From Halobacteriaceae archaeon (GTDB lineage Archaea > Halobacteriota > Halobacteria > Halobacteriales > Halobacteriaceae), in the NCBI GenBank assembly GCA_042216675.1, contig JBDGTS010000034.1:1-39337 (forward strand): a stretch of 39,337 nt of DNA. Reading direction: 5' to 3'. This document shows positions 1-9,057 of the stretch, piece after piece. A program made the position numbers and the translations under genes. A model generated the notes under the pieces. The model saw only the letters and a program-made list of their open reading frames with translations. It ran no database searches and was not told the origin of the DNA. Position 1 is the stretch's first letter. Each line of letters opens with the position of its first letter.

Positions 1-200
1 TCGACGCCGTCGAGCGACTGAATCCGGTCGGTGACGCGGCTCAGCAGCTCCCCGGTGTCCGCCACCTCGAACTCGACGATGACGTCGTACTCGCCGGCGA
101 CGACGTGTGCACTCTCGACGCCGTCGAGGGCCGTTATCTCCGGGAGAACGTGCTGTGAGGCGCCGGCAGCGGTGGTCACCATGACGTACGCGTGTACCAT
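1..200 (-). CDS. Stand-alone Lrp/AsnC ligand-binding (RAM) domain protein, 3' end outside the window
   Basis: Manual translation from ATG at 200: MVHAYVMVTTAAGASQHVLPEITALDGVESAHVVAGEYDVIVEFEVAD...; the HVVAGEYDVI motif is typical of the family. Not in the ORF track. Confidence 0.85.
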   Translation of the reverse strand, partial: MVHAYVMVTTAAGASQHVLPEITALDGVESAHVVAGEYDVIVEFEVADTGELLSRVTDRIQSLDGV

Positions 201-281
201 GCGGCATCGTACGGCCGAGGAGCCCATAACCGTTCGCACCGCGTGGAAGGGTTTTTGAGGGAATCGCCCCCACGTTGGGGC

Positions 282-1478
282 ATGAATCGCGCCCTCCTGC
301 TCGTCGGGTGTCTCCTCTGTCTCGCCCTCCCGGCGGCGGCGATGGCCGGTCCGGCCGCCCCCGCCGCCCTCGACGAGTCGCCGCCCGCCGCGACCGAACC
401 GACGCAGGTTCTCAACGAGACGCCGCGAATGCTCACGCTCGGGGAACCGACGGCACAGGGGTACAACGCCACCGAGTTCGACCCCGGTGTCGCATTCAGC
501 ATGGACGGCGCCGAACTGGACGGCACGTTCGAGCGGTATCGCCTCGTCGCCGACATCGAAAACGCGTCCACCGACGCGGAGCGACAGCGGGCGCTCTCGA
601 CCGCACTCGGCCGACTCGAATCCCGCGTGGACGCCCTCCGCCAGCGAGAGCGGGCGGCGGCGCGGGCGTACGCCGCCGGCGACATCTCGGAGCGAGCGTT
701 CCTCCAGCGTCTGGGCCGCATCCACGCCTCCGCGACGACGCTCAAGGACACGGCCGACGCCGTTCTCGCCATCTCCCGAACCACCGGCGAAGCCGAGTTC
801 CAGCGCGCGAACACCGTCTCGCGCGCCGCCGAGGCCCTGACAGGCCCCCTCCGCAGGACGCTCGCGGCGGGACTCACCGCCCGGGCGGGCGCCGAAACCG
901 TCTACACCGCCGTGACGCCAAACGGCGTCGTGTTGGCGACGGTCGAAGACCGCACGGGCGGCGTGACGTACGTGCGTGAGACGGTTCGCTTCGACAACCG
1001 CGACGACGACGGGTCGACGACGTTCGAGTCGGCCTCGGCCTTCTACGAGTTCATGGCCGACCGCTACCCGATGGCCACGTCGGGACCACCGAGTCTCTCC
1101 ATCGCGTTCCCGGGGAGTATCCACCGCTTCGACGTCCGGCACGCGCAGGGGACCCTGACCGCCTACACCGACGGGAGCACCCGCGCCGTGTTCCGCGAAG
1201 TCCACACGCTCCGCGTCGCGGACCTCCCCGTCGAGGCGAGCGCGAACACCACCGAAGACGGCCTCGCGGTTCGGGTGAACCGGACGTTCCCGGGCGGTCC
1301 CGTCGAGGTGACCGTCCGGAACCGACTGGGCGACCCGGTTAGCGCCACCGTCCACGTCGCCGACCGGCGCGTCGGCGGGACGGGACCGGACGGCCACGTC
1401 TGGACCGTCGCGCCCCACGGCACCTACACCGTCACGGCGACGAGCGGCGAGGCCACGGTAAATCTGACGGTCGGTTAG
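282..1478 (+). CDS. Secreted/surface haloarchaeal hypothetical protein
   Basis: ATG at 282 gives a signal peptide (MNRALLLVGCLLCLALPAAAMA), then a helical region and a beta-rich C-terminus (VRVNRTFPGGPVEVTV). Confidence 0.75.
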   Translation: MNRALLLVGCLLCLALPAAAMAGPAAPAALDESPPAATEPTQVLNETPRMLTLGEPTAQGYNATEFDPGVAFSMDGAELDGTFERYRLVADIENASTDAERQRALSTALGRLESRVDALRQRERAAARAYAAGDISERAFLQRLGRIHASATTLKDTADAVLAISRTTGEAEFQRANTVSRAAEALTGPLRRTLAAGLTARAGAETVYTAVTPNGVVLATVEDRTGGVTYVRETVRFDNRDDDGSTTFESASAFYEFMADRYPMATSGPPSLSIAFPGSIHRFDVRHAQGTLTAYTDGSTRAVFREVHTLRVADLPVEASANTTEDGLAVRVNRTFPGGPVEVTVRNRLGDPVSATVHVADRRVGGTGPDGHVWTVAPHGTYTVTATSGEATVNLTVG

Positions 1479-2431
1479 AGGAGCGCGCCGCCCCGGAGCG
1501 CGGCGATGAGGACAGTCACGACGGGAATCGCGCCGAGCGTCGTCAGCAGAATCGTCGTGCTCAGGTAGGCCGGCCCGGAGACGCCCTCCGCTCCCTCGGC
1601 CGACGAGAACTCCACGAGGAGCGCCAGCGGCGTGATGGCGACGGGTGCAGCCGTCTCCAGCGCGAACGTCCGTGCGACGAGTGGCTCCTCGAACCCGACT
1701 GCCAGCGCCACCGCGAGGCCGATAGCGGGCGCGACGAGGACCTTCAGCGCGACGGCGGGCGTGGTCTGCCACGCCGCCGCGGGGTTCGCCTCGGCGAGTT
1801 CGAGGCCGAGAACGACGAGGAACACCGGAATCGAGGCGTTGCCGACGAGTTCCAGCGTCCGCATCGCCGTCCCGCCCGCCGGTGGCGCGGCGCCCGCGGC
1901 GTTCACGACGACGCCGAGCGCGACGACGTAGAGCAGCGGGAGCGAGACGACCTGTCGGAGCGCGCCGCGGGTCGTGTAGCGCCCGCTGGAGGCCACGTAG
2001 ACGCCCAGCGTGTAGAGAAACACCTGCTGGCCGGCGACGAACAGCACCGCCGTCGTGCGGCCCGTCTCGCCGAACGCGAACTCCGAGACGGGGATACCGA
2101 AGTTGCCGACGTTCGGGAACGACGCCGCGAGGACGAGCGCGTTCAGTTTCGTGCCCGCGAGGCCGAGCGCCCGGCCGACGCCGTAGGAGAGCCCCAGCAT
2201 CACGAGCGTGAACGCCGCGATGGCCCCGAACAGTCGAACCGCCGCGTCCCCGCCCAACGGCGTCGTGAGGAGGCTGTGAAGGATGAGCGCCGGCAACAGC
2301 AGATACAGCGTCACCGTGTTCAGCGGCCCCACGTCCAGGTCCCGAAACTGCCCGAGGACGTAGCCGGCACCGGCGATAGAGAGAACCGGCAGGAGCGTCC
2401 CGACGAACACGTCCACCACCGACGCGGTCAT
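1475..2431 (-). CDS. AEC (auxin efflux carrier) family transporter
   Basis: About 10 hydrophobic segments; FPNVGNFGIP and GNASIPVFLVVLG motifs; ATG at 2431. Confidence 0.85.
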   Translation of the reverse strand: MTASVVDVFVGTLLPVLSIAGAGYVLGQFRDLDVGPLNTVTLYLLLPALILHSLLTTPLGGDAAVRLFGAIAAFTLVMLGLSYGVGRALGLAGTKLNALVLAASFPNVGNFGIPVSEFAFGETGRTTAVLFVAGQQVFLYTLGVYVASSGRYTTRGALRQVVSLPLLYVVALGVVVNAAGAAPPAGGTAMRTLELVGNASIPVFLVVLGLELAEANPAAAWQTTPAVALKVLVAPAIGLAVALAVGFEEPLVARTFALETAAPVAITPLALLVEFSSAEGAEGVSGPAYLSTTILLTTLGAIPVVTVLIAALRGGALL

Positions 2432-2655
2432 GTCCGGGCAAACCGGGAGCGCCAGCAAAAGCCCTGTGAGTCGCGTCTCCCGCCCGAAATCGGAGTTATC
2501 GGTTCTCCATCGGTTGTGAACTTTTTGCGAGTCGCTAAACACGTCGTGAAACGTTTTCGTCTCGATTCGGCTCGGGTGAACGGACCGAAAAACGACCCAA
2601 CGGTCAGCGGTATATATGGTGTCGGCACCCCAACGGATGAGTGAGGTGACCCCCC

Positions 2656-2910
2656 GTGTCAAACTCCACCCGTGACCACGCCCCACCCGCCGCAGACGGG
2701 TCGCCGCTCCGAGCGACCCTGCTCTCGGGCCCTCTCGCCGCCGCCGGCTTCTGGACCGGCATCGCCCTGCCGTTCCTCTACGTTCCCCTCCTGCTGGCGG
2801 GGCCCAGCGGCGTCGCCGAACAGCAGATCGCCTTCGTCCTCATCGCCCTGCACGGCGTGGCCCTCCTCGTGGGCCACAATCACCGGCAGGACGCCGCGCA
2901 GGAGGATTGA
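2656..2910 (+). CDS. Small membrane protein (hypothetical)
   Basis: TATATA at 2611-2616, GAGGTGA Shine-Dalgarno before GTG, two hydrophobic helices (GFWTGIALPFLYVPLL). Confidence 0.7.
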   Translation: MSNSTRDHAPPAADGSPLRATLLSGPLAAAGFWTGIALPFLYVPLLLAGPSGVAEQQIAFVLIALHGVALLVGHNHRQDAAQED

Positions 2911-2951
2911 GTCGGCAACAGACATATTATACCCCGGAACTGAGACGTAGT

Positions 2952-3572
2952 ATGGCCGCACACGGCCGCCGTCGGCTCCGCGACCTGTTCGACGAGTCTC
3001 CCACCCCCCACATCGCCCACGCGCCGCGAACACACCGCCGTGACTTCTACGTCGCCACGGACGGGTCGTTCGCGGCCGACGGGAGCGGACTCGGCGCCAT
3101 CATCGAGACCCAAGACGGCGAGCGCGTCGCCCGCGTGTCGCTCCCCGACGACGCCCCGGACAACAACGTCGCGGAGTACCGCGCGCTCCACCTCGGCCTC
3201 GACGTCCTCGCTGCGCGGACCCCCCGCGACGCCCGCGTCGGCGTCCTCCTCGACCACGACCAACTCGCGGAGAACGTCAACTCGGCGGTCCTCGCGGACC
3301 GACAGACCGACTACAAGCCCCTGAAGCCGGTGTCGGTGCCCGCTGAGAGCGGTCACCACTGGCGCGGCATCCGCGCCCGCCTCGCCGGCTTCGACGAGGT
3401 GCGGGCGGCCCGCATCGACAGCGACCTGAACCCCGCCCACCCCCTCGCGAACGCGCCCGAGCGGTACGCCCACGTCAACGACGAGAGACCCTCGTGTCCG
3501 CTCCCCTCGCTGGAGTCCGACGAGCCACAGATTCCGCCGCCGTCGCGGGCGGACCGGGGGGTTTCGGACTAA
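2952..3572 (+). CDS. Ribonuclease H-fold protein (haloarchaeal RNase HI-like)
   Basis: YVATDGS, GLGAII, NNVAEYRALHLGL, LLDHD and NPAHPLA motifs follow the RNase HI order. Confidence 0.8.
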   Translation: MAAHGRRRLRDLFDESPTPHIAHAPRTHRRDFYVATDGSFAADGSGLGAIIETQDGERVARVSLPDDAPDNNVAEYRALHLGLDVLAARTPRDARVGVLLDHDQLAENVNSAVLADRQTDYKPLKPVSVPAESGHHWRGIRARLAGFDEVRAARIDSDLNPAHPLANAPERYAHVNDERPSCPLPSLESDEPQIPPPSRADRGVSD

Positions 3573-3615
3573 CCACCTTTTTGCGCCGCCTCGGCGCAAA
3601 AAGCTGGACCAAAAA
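3573..3615. repeat. Irregular hairpin element, copy 1
   Basis: CCA-C-CTTTTTGCGCCG-CCT-CGGCGCAAAAAG-C-TGG-ACCAAAAA, followed by two further GC hairpins (about 3618-3638 and 3643-3663). Confidence 0.9.
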
Positions 3616-3706
3616 GGCGGCGCGGCGTCGCCGCGCCGTGAACCGGCGGCCCCCGGCCGCCGGATGCGTTTCCACGGCCGCTACCGGGAACCGCTACTGC
3701 ACCGCC

Positions 3707-3767
3707 ACCGCCCTCAGTTTCCGTTCTGCGCGTCCACCACCGCGACGGCCGCCAGATTCACGATGTC
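3707..3767. repeat. 61-bp duplicate of the maeB 3' end
   Basis: 59/61 identical to 3812-3872; reads [17 protein letters not shown] on the minus strand. Confidence 0.95.
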
Positions 3768-3771
3768 ACTG

Positions 3772-3812
3772 CCACCTTTTCGAGCGAGGCGCTCGAAAAG
3801 CTGGACCAAAAA
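3772..3812. repeat. Irregular hairpin element, copy 2
   Basis: CCA-C-CTTTTCGAGCG-AGG-CGCTCGAAAAG-C-TGG-ACCAAAAA; same outer arms as copy 1, different but fully paired inner stem. Confidence 0.9.
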
Positions 3813-3818
3813 CCGCCC

Positions 3819-6074
3819 TCAGGTCCCGTTCTGCGCGTCCACCACCGCGACGGCCGCCAGATTCACGATGTCTTGGACGTCGTCGCCTCGCTGGAGGACG
3901 TGGACCGGCTTGTCCATCCCGACGAGCATCGGGCCGATGGCGTCCGCACCGCCGAGTCGCTGGAGCAGTTTGTAGCCGATGTTGCCCGCTTCGAGGTTCG
4001 GGAAGACCAGTAGGTTCGCCGGATCGTCGAGTTCCGAGAACTCGTAGGTGCCCCGGAGGATGTCCTCCACGACGGCGGTGTCGGCCTGCATCTCGCCGTC
4101 GACCGGGAAGTCGATGCCCTCCTCGTGGAGGAGTTCGACGGCCTCGCGGGACGCCGCGGTACTCTCGTTCGAGACGCTTCCGAAGTTCGAGTAGGAGAGC
4201 ATCGCCGCGCGCGGTTCGACGTTGAACTGCCGGGCGAGGTCCCCGGAGTGGCGGGTGATTTCGGCGAGCGTCTCGGCGCCGGGGTCGACGTTGACCGTGC
4301 AGTCCGCACAGAAGACGACGCGGTTCTTGAACGCGAGCATGTAGACGCCGGCGACCCGTTCGGCGTCCGGCGCGGTGCCGATGACCTGCAGGGGCGGGCG
4401 GAGTGCCGAGGGGTAGTGGTGGGTGAGGCCGGTCAGCATCGCGTCGGCGTCGCCGGACTCGACCATCACGCTCCCGAGGTAGTTGGGGTCGCGCCGGATG
4501 AGGTCCCCCGCCTCGCTCCGCGTGACGCCGCGACGCTTCCGGAGTTCGTACAGTCGGTCGGCGTACTCGTCGAATCGCTCGTCGTCGCCGTCCGTGTCGA
4601 TGACCTCCGGATCGAAGTCGAGACCCAAGTCGTCGATGGTGGCGTCGATGACGTCGCTGTCCCCGAGCAGGACCGGTTCGGCGATGCCCTCCTCGATGAG
4701 TTGGTACGCCGCGCGGATCATCTTCTCGTCGTCGCCCTCCGAGAGCGCGACGCGCTTGGGGTCCTGTCGGGCCTTGTTGATGACGACGCGCATCATCTCG
4801 CGGGACTTGCCGAGGCGCGCCTCCAAGCGCTCCCGGTACTCCTGCTCCTCGATGTCGGTGCGGGCGACGCCGCTCTCCATCGCCGCCAGCGCCACGGCGG
4901 GCGCCACCTCGAACAGCACCCGGGGGTCGAGTGGCTTCGGGATGATGTACTCGGGGCCGAACTGGAGGGGCTGGTCGCCGTAGGCCCGCACGACGGCGTC
5001 GGGCACGTCCTCGCGTGCGAGGTCCGCGAGGGCGCGGGCCGCGGCCACCTTCATCTCCTCGTTGATGTCGGTGGCGCGCACGTCCAGCGCACCCCGGAAG
5101 ATGAACGGGAAGCCGAGTACGTTGTTCACCTGATTCGGGTAGTCGGAGCGCCCCGTCGCCATGATGACGGTGTCGTCGCGGGCGCTCTTGGCCTCCTCGT
5201 AGCCGATTTCGGGGTCGGGGTTCGCCATCGCGAAGATGATGGGGTCGTCGGCCATCGACCGCACCATCTCCTGATCGACGATGCCGGCGACGGAGAGACC
5301 CACGAAGACGTCCGCACCCTCCATCGCGTCCGCGAGGTCGCCCTCGGGCACGTCGCGGGCGAACTCCCGCTTGTACTCGTTCACCTCGTCGGCGCGGTCC
5401 TCGGTGATGATGCCCGTCGAGTCCACCATCGTCACGTTGTCTGGGTCGACGCCCAGCGAGATGTAGAACCGCGCGGAGGCGATGGCGCTCGCGCCGGCAC
5501 CGGAGAACACCACCTCCACTTCCTCGAGGTCCTTGTCGGCGATGTCGGCGGCGTTGAGGAGTGCCGCGCCGGAGATGATGGCCGTCCCGTGTTGGTCGTC
5601 GTGGAACACGGGCACGTCCATGCGCTTTCGGAGTTCGGACTCGATTTCGAAGCACTCCGGGGCCTTGATGTCCTCGAGATTCACGCCGCCGAAGGTCGGC
5701 TCCATCGCCGCGATGGACTCGATCATCGCGTCGGCGTCGTCGAGGTCCAACTCCACGTCGAACACGTCCACGTCGGCGAAGCGCTTGAACAGGACTCCTT
5801 TGCCCTCCATCACGGGCTTGCCGGCCTGTGCGCCGATGTCCCCGAGGCCGAGGACGGCGGACCCGTTCGAGACGACGCCCACCATGTTGCCCTTGCTCGT
5901 GTACCTGAACGCGTCGTCGGGGTTCTCCGCGATTTTGCGGCAGGGGGCCGCGACCCCCGGCGAGTACGCGAGGCTCAGGTCGCGTTGGGTGTTCGTGGGC
6001 TTCGTCGTCGTGATGGCCAGTTTCCCCGGCGGGTCGCGCTCGTGGTAGTCGAGCGCATCTTCGTCCAGTCCCAT
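3819..6074 (-). CDS. maeB: NADP-dependent malic enzyme with C-terminal phosphotransacetylase-like domain
   Basis: 751 aa; [46 protein letters not shown]; PTA-like DGEMQAD and FPNLEAGNI. Confidence 0.97.
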   Translation of the reverse strand: MGLDEDALDYHERDPPGKLAITTTKPTNTQRDLSLAYSPGVAAPCRKIAENPDDAFRYTSKGNMVGVVSNGSAVLGLGDIGAQAGKPVMEGKGVLFKRFADVDVFDVELDLDDADAMIESIAAMEPTFGGVNLEDIKAPECFEIESELRKRMDVPVFHDDQHGTAIISGAALLNAADIADKDLEEVEVVFSGAGASAIASARFYISLGVDPDNVTMVDSTGIITEDRADEVNEYKREFARDVPEGDLADAMEGADVFVGLSVAGIVDQEMVRSMADDPIIFAMANPDPEIGYEEAKSARDDTVIMATGRSDYPNQVNNVLGFPFIFRGALDVRATDINEEMKVAAARALADLAREDVPDAVVRAYGDQPLQFGPEYIIPKPLDPRVLFEVAPAVALAAMESGVARTDIEEQEYRERLEARLGKSREMMRVVINKARQDPKRVALSEGDDEKMIRAAYQLIEEGIAEPVLLGDSDVIDATIDDLGLDFDPEVIDTDGDDERFDEYADRLYELRKRRGVTRSEAGDLIRRDPNYLGSVMVESGDADAMLTGLTHHYPSALRPPLQVIGTAPDAERVAGVYMLAFKNRVVFCADCTVNVDPGAETLAEITRHSGDLARQFNVEPRAAMLSYSNFGSVSNESTAASREAVELLHEEGIDFPVDGEMQADTAVVEDILRGTYEFSELDDPANLLVFPNLEAGNIGYKLLQRLGGADAIGPMLVGMDKPVHVLQRGDDVQDIVNLAAVAVVDAQNGT

Positions 6075-6184
6075 AGCGGTGTCACCGCGCCGGAGGGCAA
6101 AAAGGTACGTTCTCGGGCACTAACTGTTCTCGCGCCGCCGGAAGAACCGAACCGGACTAATACGTCGACTCCCAACCCCGGCGT

Positions 6185-6988
6185 ATGGCCCGGTTCCGCA
6201 GCGCAGTCACCGCGACGGCCGCGCTCGTCTTTCTGACGGTGCTGTTGGGCGTCTCGACGAAAGCCGCCGGCGCGGGCTTGGCGTGCAACGCCCGCTGGCC
6301 GCTCTGTGACGGCGGCTTCCTGAACCTCTTCCCCGCGACAGTCCCAAGCGCCTTCGAGTGGTTGCACCGCGTCGTCGCGGGCGTCACCGGTCTCGCCATC
6401 CTCGGCACGGCGGCGCTCGCGTGGCACGACGGCGAGTCGCGGGCGATCCGCTCCGCGACGACGCTCGGTCTCGCGCTGACGCCCGTGCAGGTGTATCTCG
6501 GCCGACAGACTGTCACGGTGTTTTCGGACCCCATCCTCGCCGCCCACTACTGGACGGCGATGGGCATCTTCGGTTCCTTCGCCGTCGCGACGACGCTCGC
6601 GTGGCGCGACGCGCTGACGCCGACCCACGCCCGGCGCGCACTTCTGGCCGCGGCCGTCCTCGTCCCCGTGCAGGTGGCCGTCGGCCCCCTCGTCGTCGCG
6701 ACGTACACGCCGCCGGTGCAGGCCCTCCACTACGCCATCACGCTGTTGCTGTTCGCGGCCATCTACGTCGCGGCGACGGTGGGATGGGAGACGTTCGGCC
6801 CGGAGAAGTACGCCGTGGCCGGTGCGCTGGCGCTGACGCCCGTGCTGGTGTCGGTGGGCCGCGCCATCTTCGTGTCGCCGTCGCTGGTCCCGGTGTACGA
6901 ACTCGTCGCCGCGGTGATGTTCGTCGCCCTCGCGGGCGCGGCGGTGGCGACGCGACGCGCTCAGGTGAAGTCGGCCAGCCCGGTCTGA
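6185..6988 (+). CDS. ctaA: COX15/CtaA family (heme A synthase-like) membrane protein
   Basis: GAGLAC...WPLCDG, FEWLHR, QVYLG and conserved membrane His residues. Confidence 0.85.
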   Translation: MARFRSAVTATAALVFLTVLLGVSTKAAGAGLACNARWPLCDGGFLNLFPATVPSAFEWLHRVVAGVTGLAILGTAALAWHDGESRAIRSATTLGLALTPVQVYLGRQTVTVFSDPILAAHYWTAMGIFGSFAVATTLAWRDALTPTHARRALLAAAVLVPVQVAVGPLVVATYTPPVQALHYAITLLLFAAIYVAATVGWETFGPEKYAVAGALALTPVLVSVGRAIFVSPSLVPVYELVAAVMFVALAGAAVATRRAQVKSASPV

Positions 6989-8352
6989 GCCTCGGAGTTC
7001 TCGTCCTCGTCCTCGCCGTCCGCCTCCTCCTCGACTGTCGGCGTCTCGCTCTTCTCGGCGCCGTGACTGCCCGCGAAGGCGTCGCCGGCGTGTTCGGTGA
7101 CGGCCGCCTCGCGCATCTCCTCGGCGTCCGCGACGATGGACTGGACCTTGTTCGTCGTCTCGCCGCTCCCGGTGACGAAGGCGACGTGTTCCTCCTCGAA
7201 GTCGTAGGCCGCGGCCATCGCCACCGTCAGTTCGCGGGGCTTGCAGTGGTGGGTCATCGCCGCGAGGAACGGGAGGACGTCCCGGCGTGCGGTGCCCACG
7301 GAGACGCCGCTCTCGGCCGCGATTCGCTCGGCCACGTAGTCCCGTACCCCGTCCTTCGAGGAGCGGTAGGGGGCGCCGCCGTACCGGGTCCACCCGCCGC
7401 GCGTCTCCTCGCGGGCCGCGGCGACGCCCGCGGCGAGGTTGTCGGTGGCGTAGCGCCAGTAGGAGTAGTTCTGGGTCGCGCGCACCCGGCCGAGCCACCG
7501 GTCGGCGTTCGCCATGAACTCGTAGGCGGCGGCGAGTTCCTCGGTGTCGTACACCTTCGGCGCCTTGTCCTCGACCCACAACAGCAGGTCGTCCGGCGTC
7601 TCGTCCACGTCGTAGGTGGTGTAGAGCGCATCCTCCGCGGACTTCTCCTTGAGGACGGCGTCGAGGAACGACCAGATGTCCGCCGAGCGGTCGCGCTCGC
7701 CGGTCACCACGTCGTCGGCCGTCAGCGTGCGGTCGGTCTCCACGAGGGCCTGCAGGTCGTTGACCGCGGAGCGGAGGTCCCCGCTGTTCTTCTCCGCGAG
7801 GGCGTCGAGGGCCTCGGACTCGAACTCGATGCCCTCCTTCCGGCAGATGTCTCGGAGCACCGGGACGATGGAGCGCTTGGACACGTCGCGGAACTCGATG
7901 TCATCGACGCGCCGCCGGATGCCGTCGGGCATCTCGTACTGGTCGTTGACGATGAGGACCACCGGCTGTGCGGCCTCCTTCACGATGTCCGAGAGCGCCC
8001 GCGCGCCGCCGGCGTCGCTCCGGTGGAAACTGTCCGCCTCGTCCACGATGAGCAGTTGGCGGTTCTCCGCGCCGCCCAGCGTGGTGTTGCGGGACGCGCG
8101 CCCGACCAGTCGCTCCACGGCGTCGGTGTTCCGGGTGTCGCTGGCGTTGACCTCCACCCGCTCCCAGCCCATGTCGTTGGCGAGGGCGTGCGCGGCGGAC
8201 GTCTTGCCGACGCCGGGGCTGCCGGCGAGGATGACCGCGCGGCCCTCGTCGGGCCACGCCTCCGCCCACTCGCGGAGGGCGTCCCGGGCCTTGTCGTTGC
8301 CCCGCACCTCCGTGAGCGTCTCCGGGCGGTGTTTCTCGGTCCAGTCAGACAT
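6961..8352 (-). CDS. rfcL: Replication factor C large subunit
   Basis: WTEKHRP, Walker A GSPGVGKT, NASD, DEAD, GDLRSAVNDLQ, acidic tail ending in PIP box QTGLADF. The 3' end overlaps ctaA by 28 bp. Confidence 0.95.
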   Translation of the reverse strand: MSDWTEKHRPETLTEVRGNDKARDALREWAEAWPDEGRAVILAGSPGVGKTSAAHALANDMGWERVEVNASDTRNTDAVERLVGRASRNTTLGGAENRQLLIVDEADSFHRSDAGGARALSDIVKEAAQPVVLIVNDQYEMPDGIRRRVDDIEFRDVSKRSIVPVLRDICRKEGIEFESEALDALAEKNSGDLRSAVNDLQALVETDRTLTADDVVTGERDRSADIWSFLDAVLKEKSAEDALYTTYDVDETPDDLLLWVEDKAPKVYDTEELAAAYEFMANADRWLGRVRATQNYSYWRYATDNLAAGVAAAREETRGGWTRYGGAPYRSSKDGVRDYVAERIAAESGVSVGTARRDVLPFLAAMTHHCKPRELTVAMAAAYDFEEEHVAFVTGSGETTNKVQSIVADAEEMREAAVTEHAGDAFAGSHGAEKSETPTVEEEADGEDEDENSEAQTGLADFT

Positions 8353-8395
8353 TACACCGTGATAGGCGACTCCCGCGTTTAGTGATTGCGGAGAG

Positions 8396-8770
8396 TTACT
8401 CTTCCTCCGCGAGCGCCGCCAAGTCGAGGTGGTCGACGACGCCGTCGTAGGCGCCGTCGCTGGACGCGATGGTGTCGCCGTCCGCCTCGACGAGGTGAAG
8501 CGCGTCGAAGGGGGTGAAGCCGTGGTCAGCGACGTAACTCGCGGCCGCAACGACGGAGTCCACGTCGCCCCGCACCTCCACGAGGCTCGCCGCGTTGGCG
8601 ACGACGCGCTCTACGTCCCGGTCCTCCCGATAGGCGACCAACAGCAGTTCGACCAGCGTGAACCGCGAGGTCCACAGGTCGTCTCGCTCCCGGTACACCG
8701 TCTCCGCGGCCTCGCCGAGCCGATCGTCGTCCTTGACGAGAGCGAGGAGGAAGTCCGTCTCCACGTACAT
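8396..8770 (-). CDS. vapC: PIN-domain (VapC) toxin
   Basis: MYVETDFLLAL, LVELL, TPFDALHL, SSDGAYD; overlaps the antitoxin stop by one base. Confidence 0.88.
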   Translation of the reverse strand: MYVETDFLLALVKDDDRLGEAAETVYRERDDLWTSRFTLVELLLVAYREDRDVERVVANAASLVEVRGDVDSVVAAASYVADHGFTPFDALHLVEADGDTIASSDGAYDGVVDHLDLAALAEEE

Positions 8771-9000
8771 CAGCGGCCGGCCTCCTCAAGCGCCGTCTCA
8801 CGTGCCCCCTCGCGGAGGGCCTCGGCCGACGCGTCCGTTTCGGCGAACTCCTCGCGGAGCGCATCGAGGGGCTCCGCAGCCACCGGAATCAGCTTGATGC
8901 CGTCGTGGAGCGCCACGACCCGGTACCGGTCGCCGTACCGCTCCCGGAGGTCCTTCGGGAGCGTCAGCCGACCCCTGTCGTCGAGCGTCGTGTCCGTCAT
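8770..9000 (-). CDS. vapB: AbrB/MazE-type antitoxin
   Basis: MTDTTLDDRGRLTLPKDLRERYG is an AbrB swapped-hairpin signature; directly upstream of the PIN gene. Confidence 0.88.
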   Translation of the reverse strand: MTDTTLDDRGRLTLPKDLRERYGDRYRVVALHDGIKLIPVAAEPLDALREEFAETDASAEALREGARETALEEAGR

Positions 9001-9013
9001 GGCCAGCCATACG

Positions 9014-9057
9014 GTGGGAAAGGGGAAAATTTTCCCCGAATTTCGGAATTTACCCAC
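9014..9057. promoter_or_regulatory. Palindromic candidate operator of vapBC
   Basis: Perfect palindrome GGGGAAAATTTTCCCC (9022-9037), CCGAA-T-TTCGG (9036-9046), outer GTGGG...CCCAC. Confidence 0.6.

Noticed and set aside
3573-3872. Possible mini-CRISPR array
   Set aside because: Only two units, differing internally; the apparent spacers duplicate the adjacent gene; no cas genes or leader.
3707-3872. Diversity-generating retroelement template/variable repeat pair
   Set aside because: No reverse transcriptase in the window, only two mismatches, and the target is a housekeeping enzyme. Both mismatches are at adenines of the extra copy on the coding strand (A to G, A to C), which is DGR-like, but two sites are too few to support it.
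4125-6236. Long antisense or alternate-frame ORFs (e.g. 703 aa opposite maeB; also 6358-8382, 14254-16515, 26521-29058, 33072-35063)
   Set aside because: Shadow ORFs caused by high GC and biased codon usage; they overlap well-supported genes and carry no recognisable motifs.
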